A DNA stretch of 64,000 nt, from positions 48,507-112,506 of the IMG/VR virus record IMGVR_UViG_3300031994_000039; one strand, 5' to 3'. A model generated the notes under the pieces. It was given only the letters and a program-made list of their open reading frames with translations. It ran no database searches and was not told the origin of the DNA. This DNA is from a virus (Duplodnaviria > Caudoviricetes). Below are positions 8,661 to 16,424 of this stretch, one piece after another. Position 1 is the first letter of the stretch, and each line of letters begins with the position of its first letter. The position numbers and the translations under genes were made by a program.

Positions 8661-10064
8661 TTAACCTTCCTTTCTAAGTTCCTCAAGAACTTCATTGAGT
8701 GTGTAGCTGTTTCCGTTTAATTCAAAAGCTCTCTTGTTTGTTCTTGTTATGCGAGTTGTAAACTCTTCCATAACGGTGCTGTCTGCGAAGTTCAATGAAC
8801 GAACTGACATTCCGCAGAGACTGAGACACTGGATTGTATCGCCCGCCTTGAGCGCATCGACCATCATCATTTCATAGTCACCTAAACAGTGGTAACGGTC
8901 GATATGTGTATTCGGGAAGTAATCCTGAACTTCTGGAATGTAGCTTGCGTCTGCTATTCCAGTCACTCTGAACTCGCTTATCTTTATTCTGTAAGCTGCA
9001 ACACTCTTGAGCTTCACACTATGTTCTACGAAGATCGCATTGAAGAGTTTTTCTGTGTCCTCTCTGCTGATGTTTGAATAATCGTAAATAATACTATCGT
9101 AATTATCTACAAATTCCTCAGCTGTATCCGAATCAAATACATCAAGATATCCAGTAGCAAAAAACTCGATTGAGTCGCCGCTGCATGAATTGAATACGAG
9201 ATTTTTATTTGCCTTGAAGAAGTCGAGAATTTCGTTACTTTCATTCTTCACAACATTTCTTAATCCATCAATAATGATGTTCTTATCTCTTATCTTTATG
9301 AGCAGATTCGAAATTTCCTCACGCTTCATAGCTATCGTCTGTTCCAGTGATGAGATTTCGTTCTTGTGATATTCTAACTTATTCTTTGCAAAGCGAGTCT
9401 CAATTCCTGAAAGTGCTGCTTCCATTTTCCTTTCCCGGATGCCCTTGATAGCTGCGATGTTTGCGATTGCCTTTAAGAAAGGTTCTACGTTAGTCTTGCT
9501 GAGAGTTTCAAGGAACTCTGTTTCCTCTTTGGTGATAGGCTTTTCCTTGAAGAACCACGGCAGATATACCGGAGTTCCCATTAATACATAACGTTCTGTT
9601 TCAAGAGACATATTTTCTATCGGCTTATAGATTACGATTGTCCGCTTGCCGCATGTGAAACATGTTACCTCAGTTCTGCTAAAGAACTTTCTAACCTTCG
9701 CAGTTTCAACCCATTCCGGGCTCTTTTCCTTAACTCCCTCGCTGAGTTCGTCAAACCACTTTGTATCCGATCTCTTTACAGATATCAGCCATAAATCCTC
9801 ATCACACTTTTCTGTGTCGAATGTGAGTAATCTGTTGTGTAATTCATCGTATGATGAATCATACATGCCAGCGTTTCTGGTTATTTCGTTATACCTGATT
9901 TTGAATGGCGCGTCGTCTTCGACCCTGTCGATTAATAACGCTCTTACAACCATATTGAATACTACGTCTGTACTATAATTCCATTCGATCTTATAGATCT
10001 TCTTATCATCTTCGTCTTCGTTGTAACTGAAGGCAGTTGATGCTGGGATTCTTCCGTTGAACAT
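8661..10064 (-). CDS. coiled-coil protein with putative C-terminal E2/UBC-like domain
   Basis: Central heptad coiled coil; C-terminal FPNTHIDRYHCLGDY resembles the prokaryotic E2 PxxH...CLG active site; lies between Ubl and JAB. Confidence 0.6.
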   Translation of the reverse strand: MFNGRIPASTAFSYNEDEDDKKIYKIEWNYSTDVVFNMVVRALLIDRVEDDAPFKIRYNEITRNAGMYDSSYDELHNRLLTFDTEKCDEDLWLISVKRSDTKWFDELSEGVKEKSPEWVETAKVRKFFSRTEVTCFTCGKRTIVIYKPIENMSLETERYVLMGTPVYLPWFFKEKPITKEETEFLETLSKTNVEPFLKAIANIAAIKGIRERKMEAALSGIETRFAKNKLEYHKNEISSLEQTIAMKREEISNLLIKIRDKNIIIDGLRNVVKNESNEILDFFKANKNLVFNSCSGDSIEFFATGYLDVFDSDTAEEFVDNYDSIIYDYSNISREDTEKLFNAIFVEHSVKLKSVAAYRIKISEFRVTGIADASYIPEVQDYFPNTHIDRYHCLGDYEMMMVDALKAGDTIQCLSLCGMSVRSLNFADSTVMEEFTTRITRTNKRAFELNGNSYTLNEVLEELRKEG

Positions 10065-10124
10065 TTAAAAATTCCTCCTTAGAAAGATTGGCGGGGTGTT
10101 GTGTTCCCCGCCTTTTGGTTTTGG

Positions 10125-10437
10125 TTTGTGTAACCTAATTAGAAGTTGATCCTGATGAAGGATGAGTTCTGGGCTACTCAACCAGGTGAACTTCTATTAC
10201 GATGACCTTTTTCCTGATCTGCGGGCTGCGCAATCTTGGGGCTTCCTGAACATATTTCTGCTTGGATGTTGATTGAGCTTTTAATTTTTTTTTTTAGTAT
10301 GTTTTAATCAGATAAAACAGTACCCAGCTCGTGTCCAGATACCTCCTTCCGGCGGAGGTGCCTCCTTTCCCTTAACAATGCGATCCATTCACTGACAGTA
10401 AATGGTTGTTTTAAAAAAACAAAATGCGTTACACAAA
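10125..10437 (-). ncRNA. retron-like msr-msd ncRNA, copy 2
   Basis: 10-bp a1/a2 TTTGTGTAAC/GTTACACAAA; candidate branch G at 10427; same msr layout as copy 1; msd stem TAGAAGTT/AACTTCTA enclosing 2 hairpins. Confidence 0.8.
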
Positions 10438-10466
10438 AATCAAATACTAGTTTTATTCAGCAGAAA

Positions 10467-10694
10467 TTAAGCGTTGTCTGCTTTAACCACCTGTAAGAGG
10501 TAGCATTTATCAGTAACGCCGTAGTCTGCAAAGGTCTTATTGAAATCCGCACTGCCTACGACGCTGCCGTTGAGTGTGATTCCGCCTGCGGCAACATTGA
10601 GATTTGCCTGTTCTGCGGCTTCGAGAATTGTAGTGCTTGGGTCAAGAACTAATTCTGTTTTATTGAGTGATGTTCCGCTTATTACCTTAATCAT
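10467..10694 (-). CDS. ubiquitin-like (beta-grasp) protein B, 75 aa
   Basis: KTFADYGV resembles ubiquitin RTLSDYNI; ends VVKADNA; AGGAGG RBS. Confidence 0.8.
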   Translation of the reverse strand: MIKVISGTSLNKTELVLDPSTTILEAAEQANLNVAAGGITLNGSVVGSADFNKTFADYGVTDKCYLLQVVKADNA

Positions 10695-10778
10695 GGTTAA
10701 ATTCCTCCTTAATTTACAGGGGCGAGGCAAATGCCCAGCCCCGACTTACCTGTTATTTATGAATTGTGAAGAATGTTA

Positions 10779-11159
10779 TCACATAATTGTGATGCTATCC
10801 ATTGCTGTGCTGAGTGCGTTCTTGGCAGCTTCGATCTTTTCCGGAGCAGTTGCCTCGAATGCGTTCATTTTAGCAAGAGCCTTGCCATACTTTTCAGCAA
10901 TGAACCCCTTGATCTTATCCGGTTCAAGATCGCCGACAGAAACTGAAGTGCTTGCGTAGCCGCTTGCATCAGTCTTATCGAAGGTGATTCCGTATGTTCC
11001 GATTGAGCCTGTGGTTCCTGTTGCAACCTTAAAATCAATTTCCTTTTCCTCGTTCTTAACGACGAGTGCTTCAGGTGTTACTGTTGCAAGTGTTTCGAGA
11101 TCTGCTGTGAGAATTGTGCTTGTGAAAACTGCGATGCCTGAGATTACTGTTACCTTCAT
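10779..11159 (-). CDS. 126-aa hypothetical protein, paralog B
   Basis: Tandem paralog of 11245-11625 (shared GTYGITFDKTDASG, KYGKA). Confidence 0.85.
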   Translation of the reverse strand: MKVTVISGIAVFTSTILTADLETLATVTPEALVVKNEEKEIDFKVATGTTGSIGTYGITFDKTDASGYASTSVSVGDLEPDKIKGFIAEKYGKALAKMNAFEATAPEKIEAAKNALSTAMDSITIM

Positions 11160-11244
11160 TTAGATTTCCTCCTTAAAATTACAGGGGCGAGATTAAGAAA
11201 CCCCGCCCCACTTACGTGAATGAATGTTTGTTTCCGCTGAGCGA

Positions 11245-11625
11245 TTACATAATTGTGATGTTGTTCATTGCTGTTTCAAGAGCTGACTTAGCAAGTGCGA
11301 TACGCTCTGGTGCAACCTCTTCAAAAGAGTTCATCTTTGCGATTGCCTTGCCATATTTAGTGGCAATGAATTCCTTCACCTTGTCTGCCGGAATGTTACC
11401 GATTTCAACAGATGTTGAAGCGAAGCCGCTTGCGTCTGTCTTGTCGAAGGTGATTCCGTAGGTACCAACTGAGCCCTTTGAGCCTGTGTCAACCACAAAC
11501 TCAATTTCTTTTTCTTCGTTCTTGGCGATGAGCACTTCCGGAGTTACCTTCTTGAGTGTTTCCAGATCAGACATGAGAACTGCACTTGTGAAAACCGCGA
11601 TTCCGCTGATTACAGTAATTTTCAT
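11245..11625 (-). CDS. 126-aa hypothetical protein, paralog A
   Basis: Tandem paralog of 10779-11159; AGGAGG RBS. Confidence 0.85.
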   Translation of the reverse strand: MKITVISGIAVFTSAVLMSDLETLKKVTPEVLIAKNEEKEIEFVVDTGSKGSVGTYGITFDKTDASGFASTSVEIGNIPADKVKEFIATKYGKAIAKMNSFEEVAPERIALAKSALETAMNNITIM

Positions 11626-11788
11626 TTTAAATTCCTCCTAGAATTTTCTTACTTGTGTTTTGAGAGATGTGAAATTGTGTGTCTATTATGTTAAACTCCT
11701 AAACGGTTGGGTTGAATTCCGCAAGCCCGAAATTGGGGGCGATAACCGTTCCGCTTAGGAGGTAACATCAGATTGTTTTTCCAGTAGC

Positions 11789-12016
11789 TTAAGCGTTGTC
11801 TGCCTTAACTACCTGGAGTAAGTAACATTTATCTGTTACTCCGTAGTCGTTGAAAGTCTTGTTGAAATCCCCACCGGAAACCATTGAGCCGTTGAGTGTG
11901 ATTCCGCCCGCAGGAACGTTGAGTCCTGCCTGCTCTGCAGCTTCCATGAGTGTTGTTGATGGGTCGATAACGAGTTCTGTCTTGTTGAGTGATGTTCCTG
12001 AGATTACCTTGATCAT
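11789..12016 (-). CDS. ubiquitin-like (beta-grasp) protein A, 75 aa
   Basis: 65/75 identical to 10467-10694; ends VVKADNA. Confidence 0.8.
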   Translation of the reverse strand: MIKVISGTSLNKTELVIDPSTTLMEAAEQAGLNVPAGGITLNGSMVSGGDFNKTFNDYGVTDKCYLLQVVKADNA

Positions 12017-12086
12017 TTGAAATTCCTCCTAAGTTTTTCGTTTAAATTCTTACTAATTCTTACTGGAACTTTTAATTCCTTACTTA

Positions 12087-12115
12087 ACTATATCACAGCG
12101 TTGTCTGTTTGTCAA
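12087..12115 (-). promoter_or_regulatory. sigmaA/70 promoter heading the Ubl-E2-JAB-E1-RT cluster
   Basis: TTGACA-17 bp-TATAGT with extended -10 TG. Confidence 0.8.
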
Positions 12116-12277
12116 GTATATTTTTAAAAGCTCTTTTCTTACCCTGACCAAAATCCGTCCTTTCTTGTTTATGGTTTGTTACTTTCCTACAGTGGTTCAT
12201 TGGTTGGTTATCCACTCACGCCGCGTGGAGGCTGAACCTTGTGAGCTGTAGCTCCTACGAGAGGAGCAAGTATCAAA

Positions 12278-12358
12278 TTAAATTCCGAGCCCTGCGATGA
12301 GGACAGCAATTGCCGTTCCCCACATGAGCAAGCTATAGCAGCTTTTAGAATTCCTCAT
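12278..12358 (-). CDS. 26-aa hydrophobic peptide (MRNSKSCYSLLMWGTAIAVLIAGLGI)
   Basis: RBS AGGTGGTG; single TM-like segment; too short for the ORF track. Confidence 0.45.
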   Translation of the reverse strand: MRNSKSCYSLLMWGTAIAVLIAGLGI

Positions 12359-12377
12359 GTGATTATCACCACCTTTC

Positions 12378-12824
12378 TTATACGCTTCCTATTTTCAGAG
12401 TATCGTAAGCCTCGAACTTCTTGAAGAGCTGCTTGTAGTATGCCCTTACATCGTTGAGTTTTCTTACGAATACCGTCTTCTCGTAGATAGTTTTCCAGCC
12501 GTACTTAGTCTTTAATGCCGGATTGTTTTTCTCGTATCCCTCCTTAACTGTGACGAACCTTCTGTTTAATTCCCTGTACCTTCTGATTGAGAAATCCTCG
12601 GTTCCTGTATAGTGGATTTTCCCTTCATCATCAAGATCCATGTATTCTATTTCATACATAGCAACCTTGTTTCCTTTTATGTCTGCGTCTTTGCTTACCC
12701 AGCCGATTCCCTCGACGTATTTGTTTACGATTCCCGTGTATACTCTATGAAGTTCATACATGATTAAACACCTCTCAGACCTTCTGTAATGCCCCACAAG
12801 GGCGTTGCTGATTTTAATTGACAA
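12378..12824 (-). CDS. hypothetical protein
   Basis: 148-aa ORF in the co-directional early cluster. Confidence 0.65.
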   Translation of the reverse strand: MSIKISNALVGHYRRSERCLIMYELHRVYTGIVNKYVEGIGWVSKDADIKGNKVAMYEIEYMDLDDEGKIHYTGTEDFSIRRYRELNRRFVTVKEGYEKNNPALKTKYGWKTIYEKTVFVRKLNDVRAYYKQLFKKFEAYDTLKIGSV

Positions 12825-12832
12825 CTTTACCC

Positions 12833-13081
12833 CTACCAGTTGAGGAGTGCCTTCTTGGCTTCCCTAGAAAGTTCCTGAGGGTTTATTCCCAGTGCATTGA
12901 GGAGGCTTCTGATTCCGTCCTCATATCCATACTGGTACTCGCAGTTCCTGCGGTATTCCTCGAAGTCTGTGTTTGCGAGTTCCGTGTCCTTAGGGTAAAC
13001 CCTTTTCACAGATTCCCAGTTTGTTTTCATTACAGTCAGAACTGGATTTGTTAAGATTCCCATGTGTTTATTTCCTCCCAT
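12833..13081 (-). CDS. hypothetical protein
   Basis: ORF; true start may be the internal MGILT behind GGAGG. Confidence 0.65.
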   Translation of the reverse strand: MGGNKHMGILTNPVLTVMKTNWESVKRVYPKDTELANTDFEEYRRNCEYQYGYEDGIRSLLNALGINPQELSREAKKALLNW

Positions 13082-13338
13082 TTTCTTTCGTAATTCTTTA
13101 CAGCTTTCCTGTATTCCTCGAAAAGCGCGTCCTCAAGAGGTTTGTATTCCTCGTAGGTCGCAAATGCATATGTAAGACCTGAGCAATATCCTTTTATGTG
13201 GAAGTACTCGTCGTTTGAGAAATCCAAATCTGACATTCCATCGGTAATCATATTCCTCGCCCTTTTACGTATTGCGGAAACATAGCTGTCATAGATTCTT
13301 CTTCCCTGCACGCTGAGCTTTTTAACATACGGTTTCAT
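13051..13338 (-). CDS. hypothetical protein
   Basis: 95-aa ORF coupled to neighbours. Confidence 0.65.
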   Translation of the reverse strand: MKPYVKKLSVQGRRIYDSYVSAIRKRARNMITDGMSDLDFSNDEYFHIKGYCSGLTYAFATYEEYKPLEDALFEEYRKAVKNYERKWEEINTWES

Positions 13339-13869
13339 TTAAAATTCCCCCGTTTCTGCTGCTTCCATTTTGGTAAGTTCCCAAGTTTCCAAATCCATGT
13401 ATGAGTAAATTGAATCATCTTCAATTTCCTCTGTCCAGTGAGTGTTAAGTCTGAGTTTGTAGGTTTCATATTCCTGCAGGTCTTCCTTTACGCAGTAAAT
13501 TTCCCCTGCGTAAATTCCTGTAAGGCAGAAGAACTGCCCGCCTCCGAGTGCTACTGCCTCGGTGGAATAGAGAACTTCTTCTATTGGACAGAAATCTACA
13601 ATTTCCTCGGAGAAATCGTTGTTTCCTAACCAAACTTGTGTTTCATATTCCTCGCCTTTTACTACTTCTACGTTTGCGCCAAGGTCAAACACATTTCCGG
13701 ATTCATCAACCATGCAGTGTTCTGAGATTCCGTACATTACACGATGTTCAAATTCCTGAGCTTCTTCAGCTTCCTCGGCGTTTATATACTGTCCAGTAAT
13801 GCCGTAAAAACAAAGCCCTGCGATAAGTGGCAGGGCATGGAATGTTCTGTTTACGTCTTTGTATGCCAT
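13339..13869 (-). CDS. acidic protein with N-terminal hydrophobic anchor
   Basis: Start MAYKDV behind GAGGAGG; LPLIAGLCFYGI segment. Confidence 0.65.
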   Translation of the reverse strand: MAYKDVNRTFHALPLIAGLCFYGITGQYINAEEAEEAQEFEHRVMYGISEHCMVDESGNVFDLGANVEVVKGEEYETQVWLGNNDFSEEIVDFCPIEEVLYSTEAVALGGGQFFCLTGIYAGEIYCVKEDLQEYETYKLRLNTHWTEEIEDDSIYSYMDLETWELTKMEAAETGEF

Positions 13870-13870
13870 T

Positions 13871-14122
13871 TTAAAATTCCTCCTCGTCAAGTTCCTCGTC
13901 GAGTTCTTCTGTGAACCCTTCGATTTCCTCGTCGTTTTCATCATCTACAACTTCGGTAGCTGTGAAGAGCTTCGAGTAATACGGATCCTTTTCATTTTCC
14001 TTGACTTTTGCCTTGTATTCCTCTGTGGTTTTGCATGACTTCTTGAATTCCTCGCAGTCTGCAAGAAAATCCTTGCAAAGCTGACGGAACTCCTTATGAG
14101 TGATTTTGATTGTGATTTTCAT
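13871..14122 (-). CDS. hypothetical protein with very acidic C-terminus
   Basis: AGGAGG RBS; EELDEELDEEEF tail. Confidence 0.7.
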   Translation of the reverse strand: MKITIKITHKEFRQLCKDFLADCEEFKKSCKTTEEYKAKVKENEKDPYYSKLFTATEVVDDENDEEIEGFTEELDEELDEEEF

Positions 14123-14251
14123 TTGAAATTCCTCCTGTTTATGGTTTAGGTTTGTTTTGAAATTCCGCCTGTTTAGGCGTGATTCCCCGCCCTGCCATTG
14201 CAGGCAGGCAAGCCGGCTTTTCCGGACGGAGATAAACCATAAACCTTTATA

Positions 14252-14599
14252 TCAATTTTCTTTGGAGGTATCGATTCCAAGGAGATTCAGCACAGCTGTA
14301 ATTCCCACAAAGCTGAAATTCCCCATTTTTTCCGGAATAGCTTCCCAAACACCTGGGTAAAGTTCTTTTACTCCGGACAGAAGCATATTTCCCCAGTCAC
14401 CACCGCACGCAGTGCAGTATTTCCCAAGGAATTCCTTGATTCCGTATGCGAATGGCGCTGCTTTTTCGCATTCCTCGATTACACGGAGTCCGTCGCCGTC
14501 CCAAAGGCGGTACACGATTCCTGCAAAGTCGTTTATGTCGAGAAGCTCGTTAATTTCCTGAGCTGTGATTTTTGCATCTAAAATTCCTGTTCCTGTCAT
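14252..14599 (-). CDS. conserved phage hypothetical protein
   Basis: CTACGGDWGNMLLSG motif, RBS AGGGG. Confidence 0.7.
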   Translation of the reverse strand: MTGTGILDAKITAQEINELLDINDFAGIVYRLWDGDGLRVIEECEKAAPFAYGIKEFLGKYCTACGGDWGNMLLSGVKELYPGVWEAIPEKMGNFSFVGITAVLNLLGIDTSKEN

Positions 14600-14612
14600 T
14601 TGAAATTCCCCC

Positions 14613-14756
14613 TTATATACAAATCGGTTCGTCTTCTACGTTCCACTCATCTGAGCTTGACTCAGATTCTTTAGCTTCCTGTGTTTCTATTGCACGAGCA
14701 CGAGCCCGTGCTGCCATAATTTCAAAGTTTAAAGCGTCTTTTGCAATTTTAAACAT
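14613..14756 (-). CDS. hypothetical 47-aa protein (MFKIAKDALNFEIM...)
   Basis: AGGAGG RBS; fills the gap between neighbours. Confidence 0.55.
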   Translation of the reverse strand: MFKIAKDALNFEIMAARARARAIETQEAKESESSSDEWNVEDEPICI

Positions 14757-14873
14757 ATTGATTCCTCCTAAAGGTTTGGTTTTGGTTTATGGGTTTGCGA
14801 TAACCCCGTTCCGGCATTGCACCGGAAAGCCGCTTTTACGGCGGGGTTTAGGGGATTTATTGGGGTAAGATGA

Positions 14874-15689
14874 TTACTTCTTTGCCTTGTACTCGACTGT
14901 GTACATTGAGCCCTCAGATTTCGACTCTTTTACCTTGATGATATTGCAGAGAATATCCATGATTATCATGCGGAACGCCTTGTGTGTGGCTGCTGTTACG
15001 CTAAGGGCAGCTTTACCCTTCTTTGTCTGAGTTGCAAGCAGGTATGAAACGTCGTGTGATGAGCCCTTGAAATCTTTTCCGACCATTTGTGCGACAAGCA
15101 CATTGAGTGATTTGAGGAGCTGCGTCTTAGAAGTCGGGTCGGCAGTTTTGTTAATGTCTTCAAGGTTACCCGCATTTCTGAGGTCTTCACAAAGTTTTGA
15201 GAACGAATAGCTGTCATTGATGCTTTTCAGCTGATTTTCGGTCAACCCTAAATTTTTGCCTACCGCAAGAGTAAGGCGGAAATTGAGTCGTTCACACGTC
15301 CACACCCAGTTCTTGTCTTCACCGATAGTTTTTCCGGCGTATTTCTGAAGCTCTAACGGGTCAATCTGTGTCATGCGGGTGGATATTTCTTTGGAGATAT
15401 GCCCAAATTCATCCTTTACGTCCTTGACGCTTAAAGCGTCGAAGTGGTGGAGCGATGCCGCATTTACGATAATGTTACCGTCCTTTTCAAGGATTGCTTC
15501 AAAAGTCGCAACCTTTACAGCTGTGCCGTAGTTTTTGATTGACTTGTCGATTGCGTCCTTTGTGTCGTTAAGAACCTTGATTGAAGGGGCTTCCTTGTTT
15601 GATTCTGTGTTCCACTCTTTTACGAGTTCTTCAAGATTGATCTTTTCCTCTTCCATGTTGGCAAGAGCATTTTTCATTTTTTCAGTCAT
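14874..15689 (-). CDS. hypothetical protein
   Basis: 271 aa, AGGAGGT RBS. Confidence 0.8.
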   Translation of the reverse strand: MTEKMKNALANMEEEKINLEELVKEWNTESNKEAPSIKVLNDTKDAIDKSIKNYGTAVKVATFEAILEKDGNIIVNAASLHHFDALSVKDVKDEFGHISKEISTRMTQIDPLELQKYAGKTIGEDKNWVWTCERLNFRLTLAVGKNLGLTENQLKSINDSYSFSKLCEDLRNAGNLEDINKTADPTSKTQLLKSLNVLVAQMVGKDFKGSSHDVSYLLATQTKKGKAALSVTAATHKAFRMIIMDILCNIIKVKESKSEGSMYTVEYKAKK

Positions 15690-16160
15690 GATAAATTACC
15701 TCCTGTGTAAATTGACTGTGGTTTATGTGCTGCCCTTTACAGCACTAAACCCCGTGGCAGTGTCGCAACTGCCTGTGTGCAAGCACACAATCCGCTTTTA
15801 GGAAACGGGGTAATATGTAAAGCCCTGTACACGCTTATGTAAGGGCTGAATTTACATTTATCCGCGGGTTTATCTCATGGGTCAAAGCCATGTATCAGAG
15901 AACCCGAAACTGTATCCATGCAAACGGGCAAGCCTCCATTTGCACGTTTCACCCATTTTCACCTACTGGGCAACCGTCGGCAACCGTCATTTATTCACTC
16001 TATCGGGCTTGAGCGCCTGCTACACCGTCAATTTTCCATCAAGTAAAAACCGTCCAATTTGTTCGATTCTCGTAGAGAAGCTCAAGAGCACACCGTAGGT
16101 GTTCAAACTCGTTGGCTTATAGATTTTTGCTATTTGGAAAAAATCCATAGTAGCAAGGGG

Positions 16161-16340
16161 TCAACGCAAGGGGGGTGCAAGCCCCCCGACCGTCAACGCA
16201 AGGGGGGTGCAAGCCCCCCGACCGTCAACGCAAGGGGGGTGCAAGCCCCCCGACCGTCAACGCAAGGGGGGTGCAAGCCCCCCGACCGTCAACGCAAGGG
16301 GGGTGCAAGCCCCCCGACCGTCAACGCAAGGGGGGTGCAA
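16161..16340. repeat. 32-bp perfect tandem repeat x5.6
   Basis: Unit TCAACGCAAGGGGGGTGCAAGCCCCCCGACCG; each unit is a G6/C6 hairpin; no spacers. Confidence 0.95.
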
Positions 16341-16354
16341 AAGTCCAAAGCAAA

Positions 16355-16402
16355 CAAAAAAAAGTCCCTCAGACAACGTATTTACGTCATTTGAGGGACT
16401 TG
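16355..16402 (-). terminator. Rho-independent terminator
   Basis: AAGTCCCTCA...TGAGGGACTT followed by a U tract on the minus strand; loop contains GTAAATACGT. Confidence 0.7.
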
Positions 16403-16424
16403 CTAAGGGGATTAGAGTGTTATA

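Noticed and set aside
10152-10195. Hammerhead ribozyme (CTGATGA on the + strand)
   Set aside because: No GAAA after a stem II and no stem I/III; better explained as the msd hairpin
16161-16340. CRISPR array
   Set aside because: Units are head-to-tail with no spacers and there are no cas genes; the + strand ORFs across it are repeat artefacts
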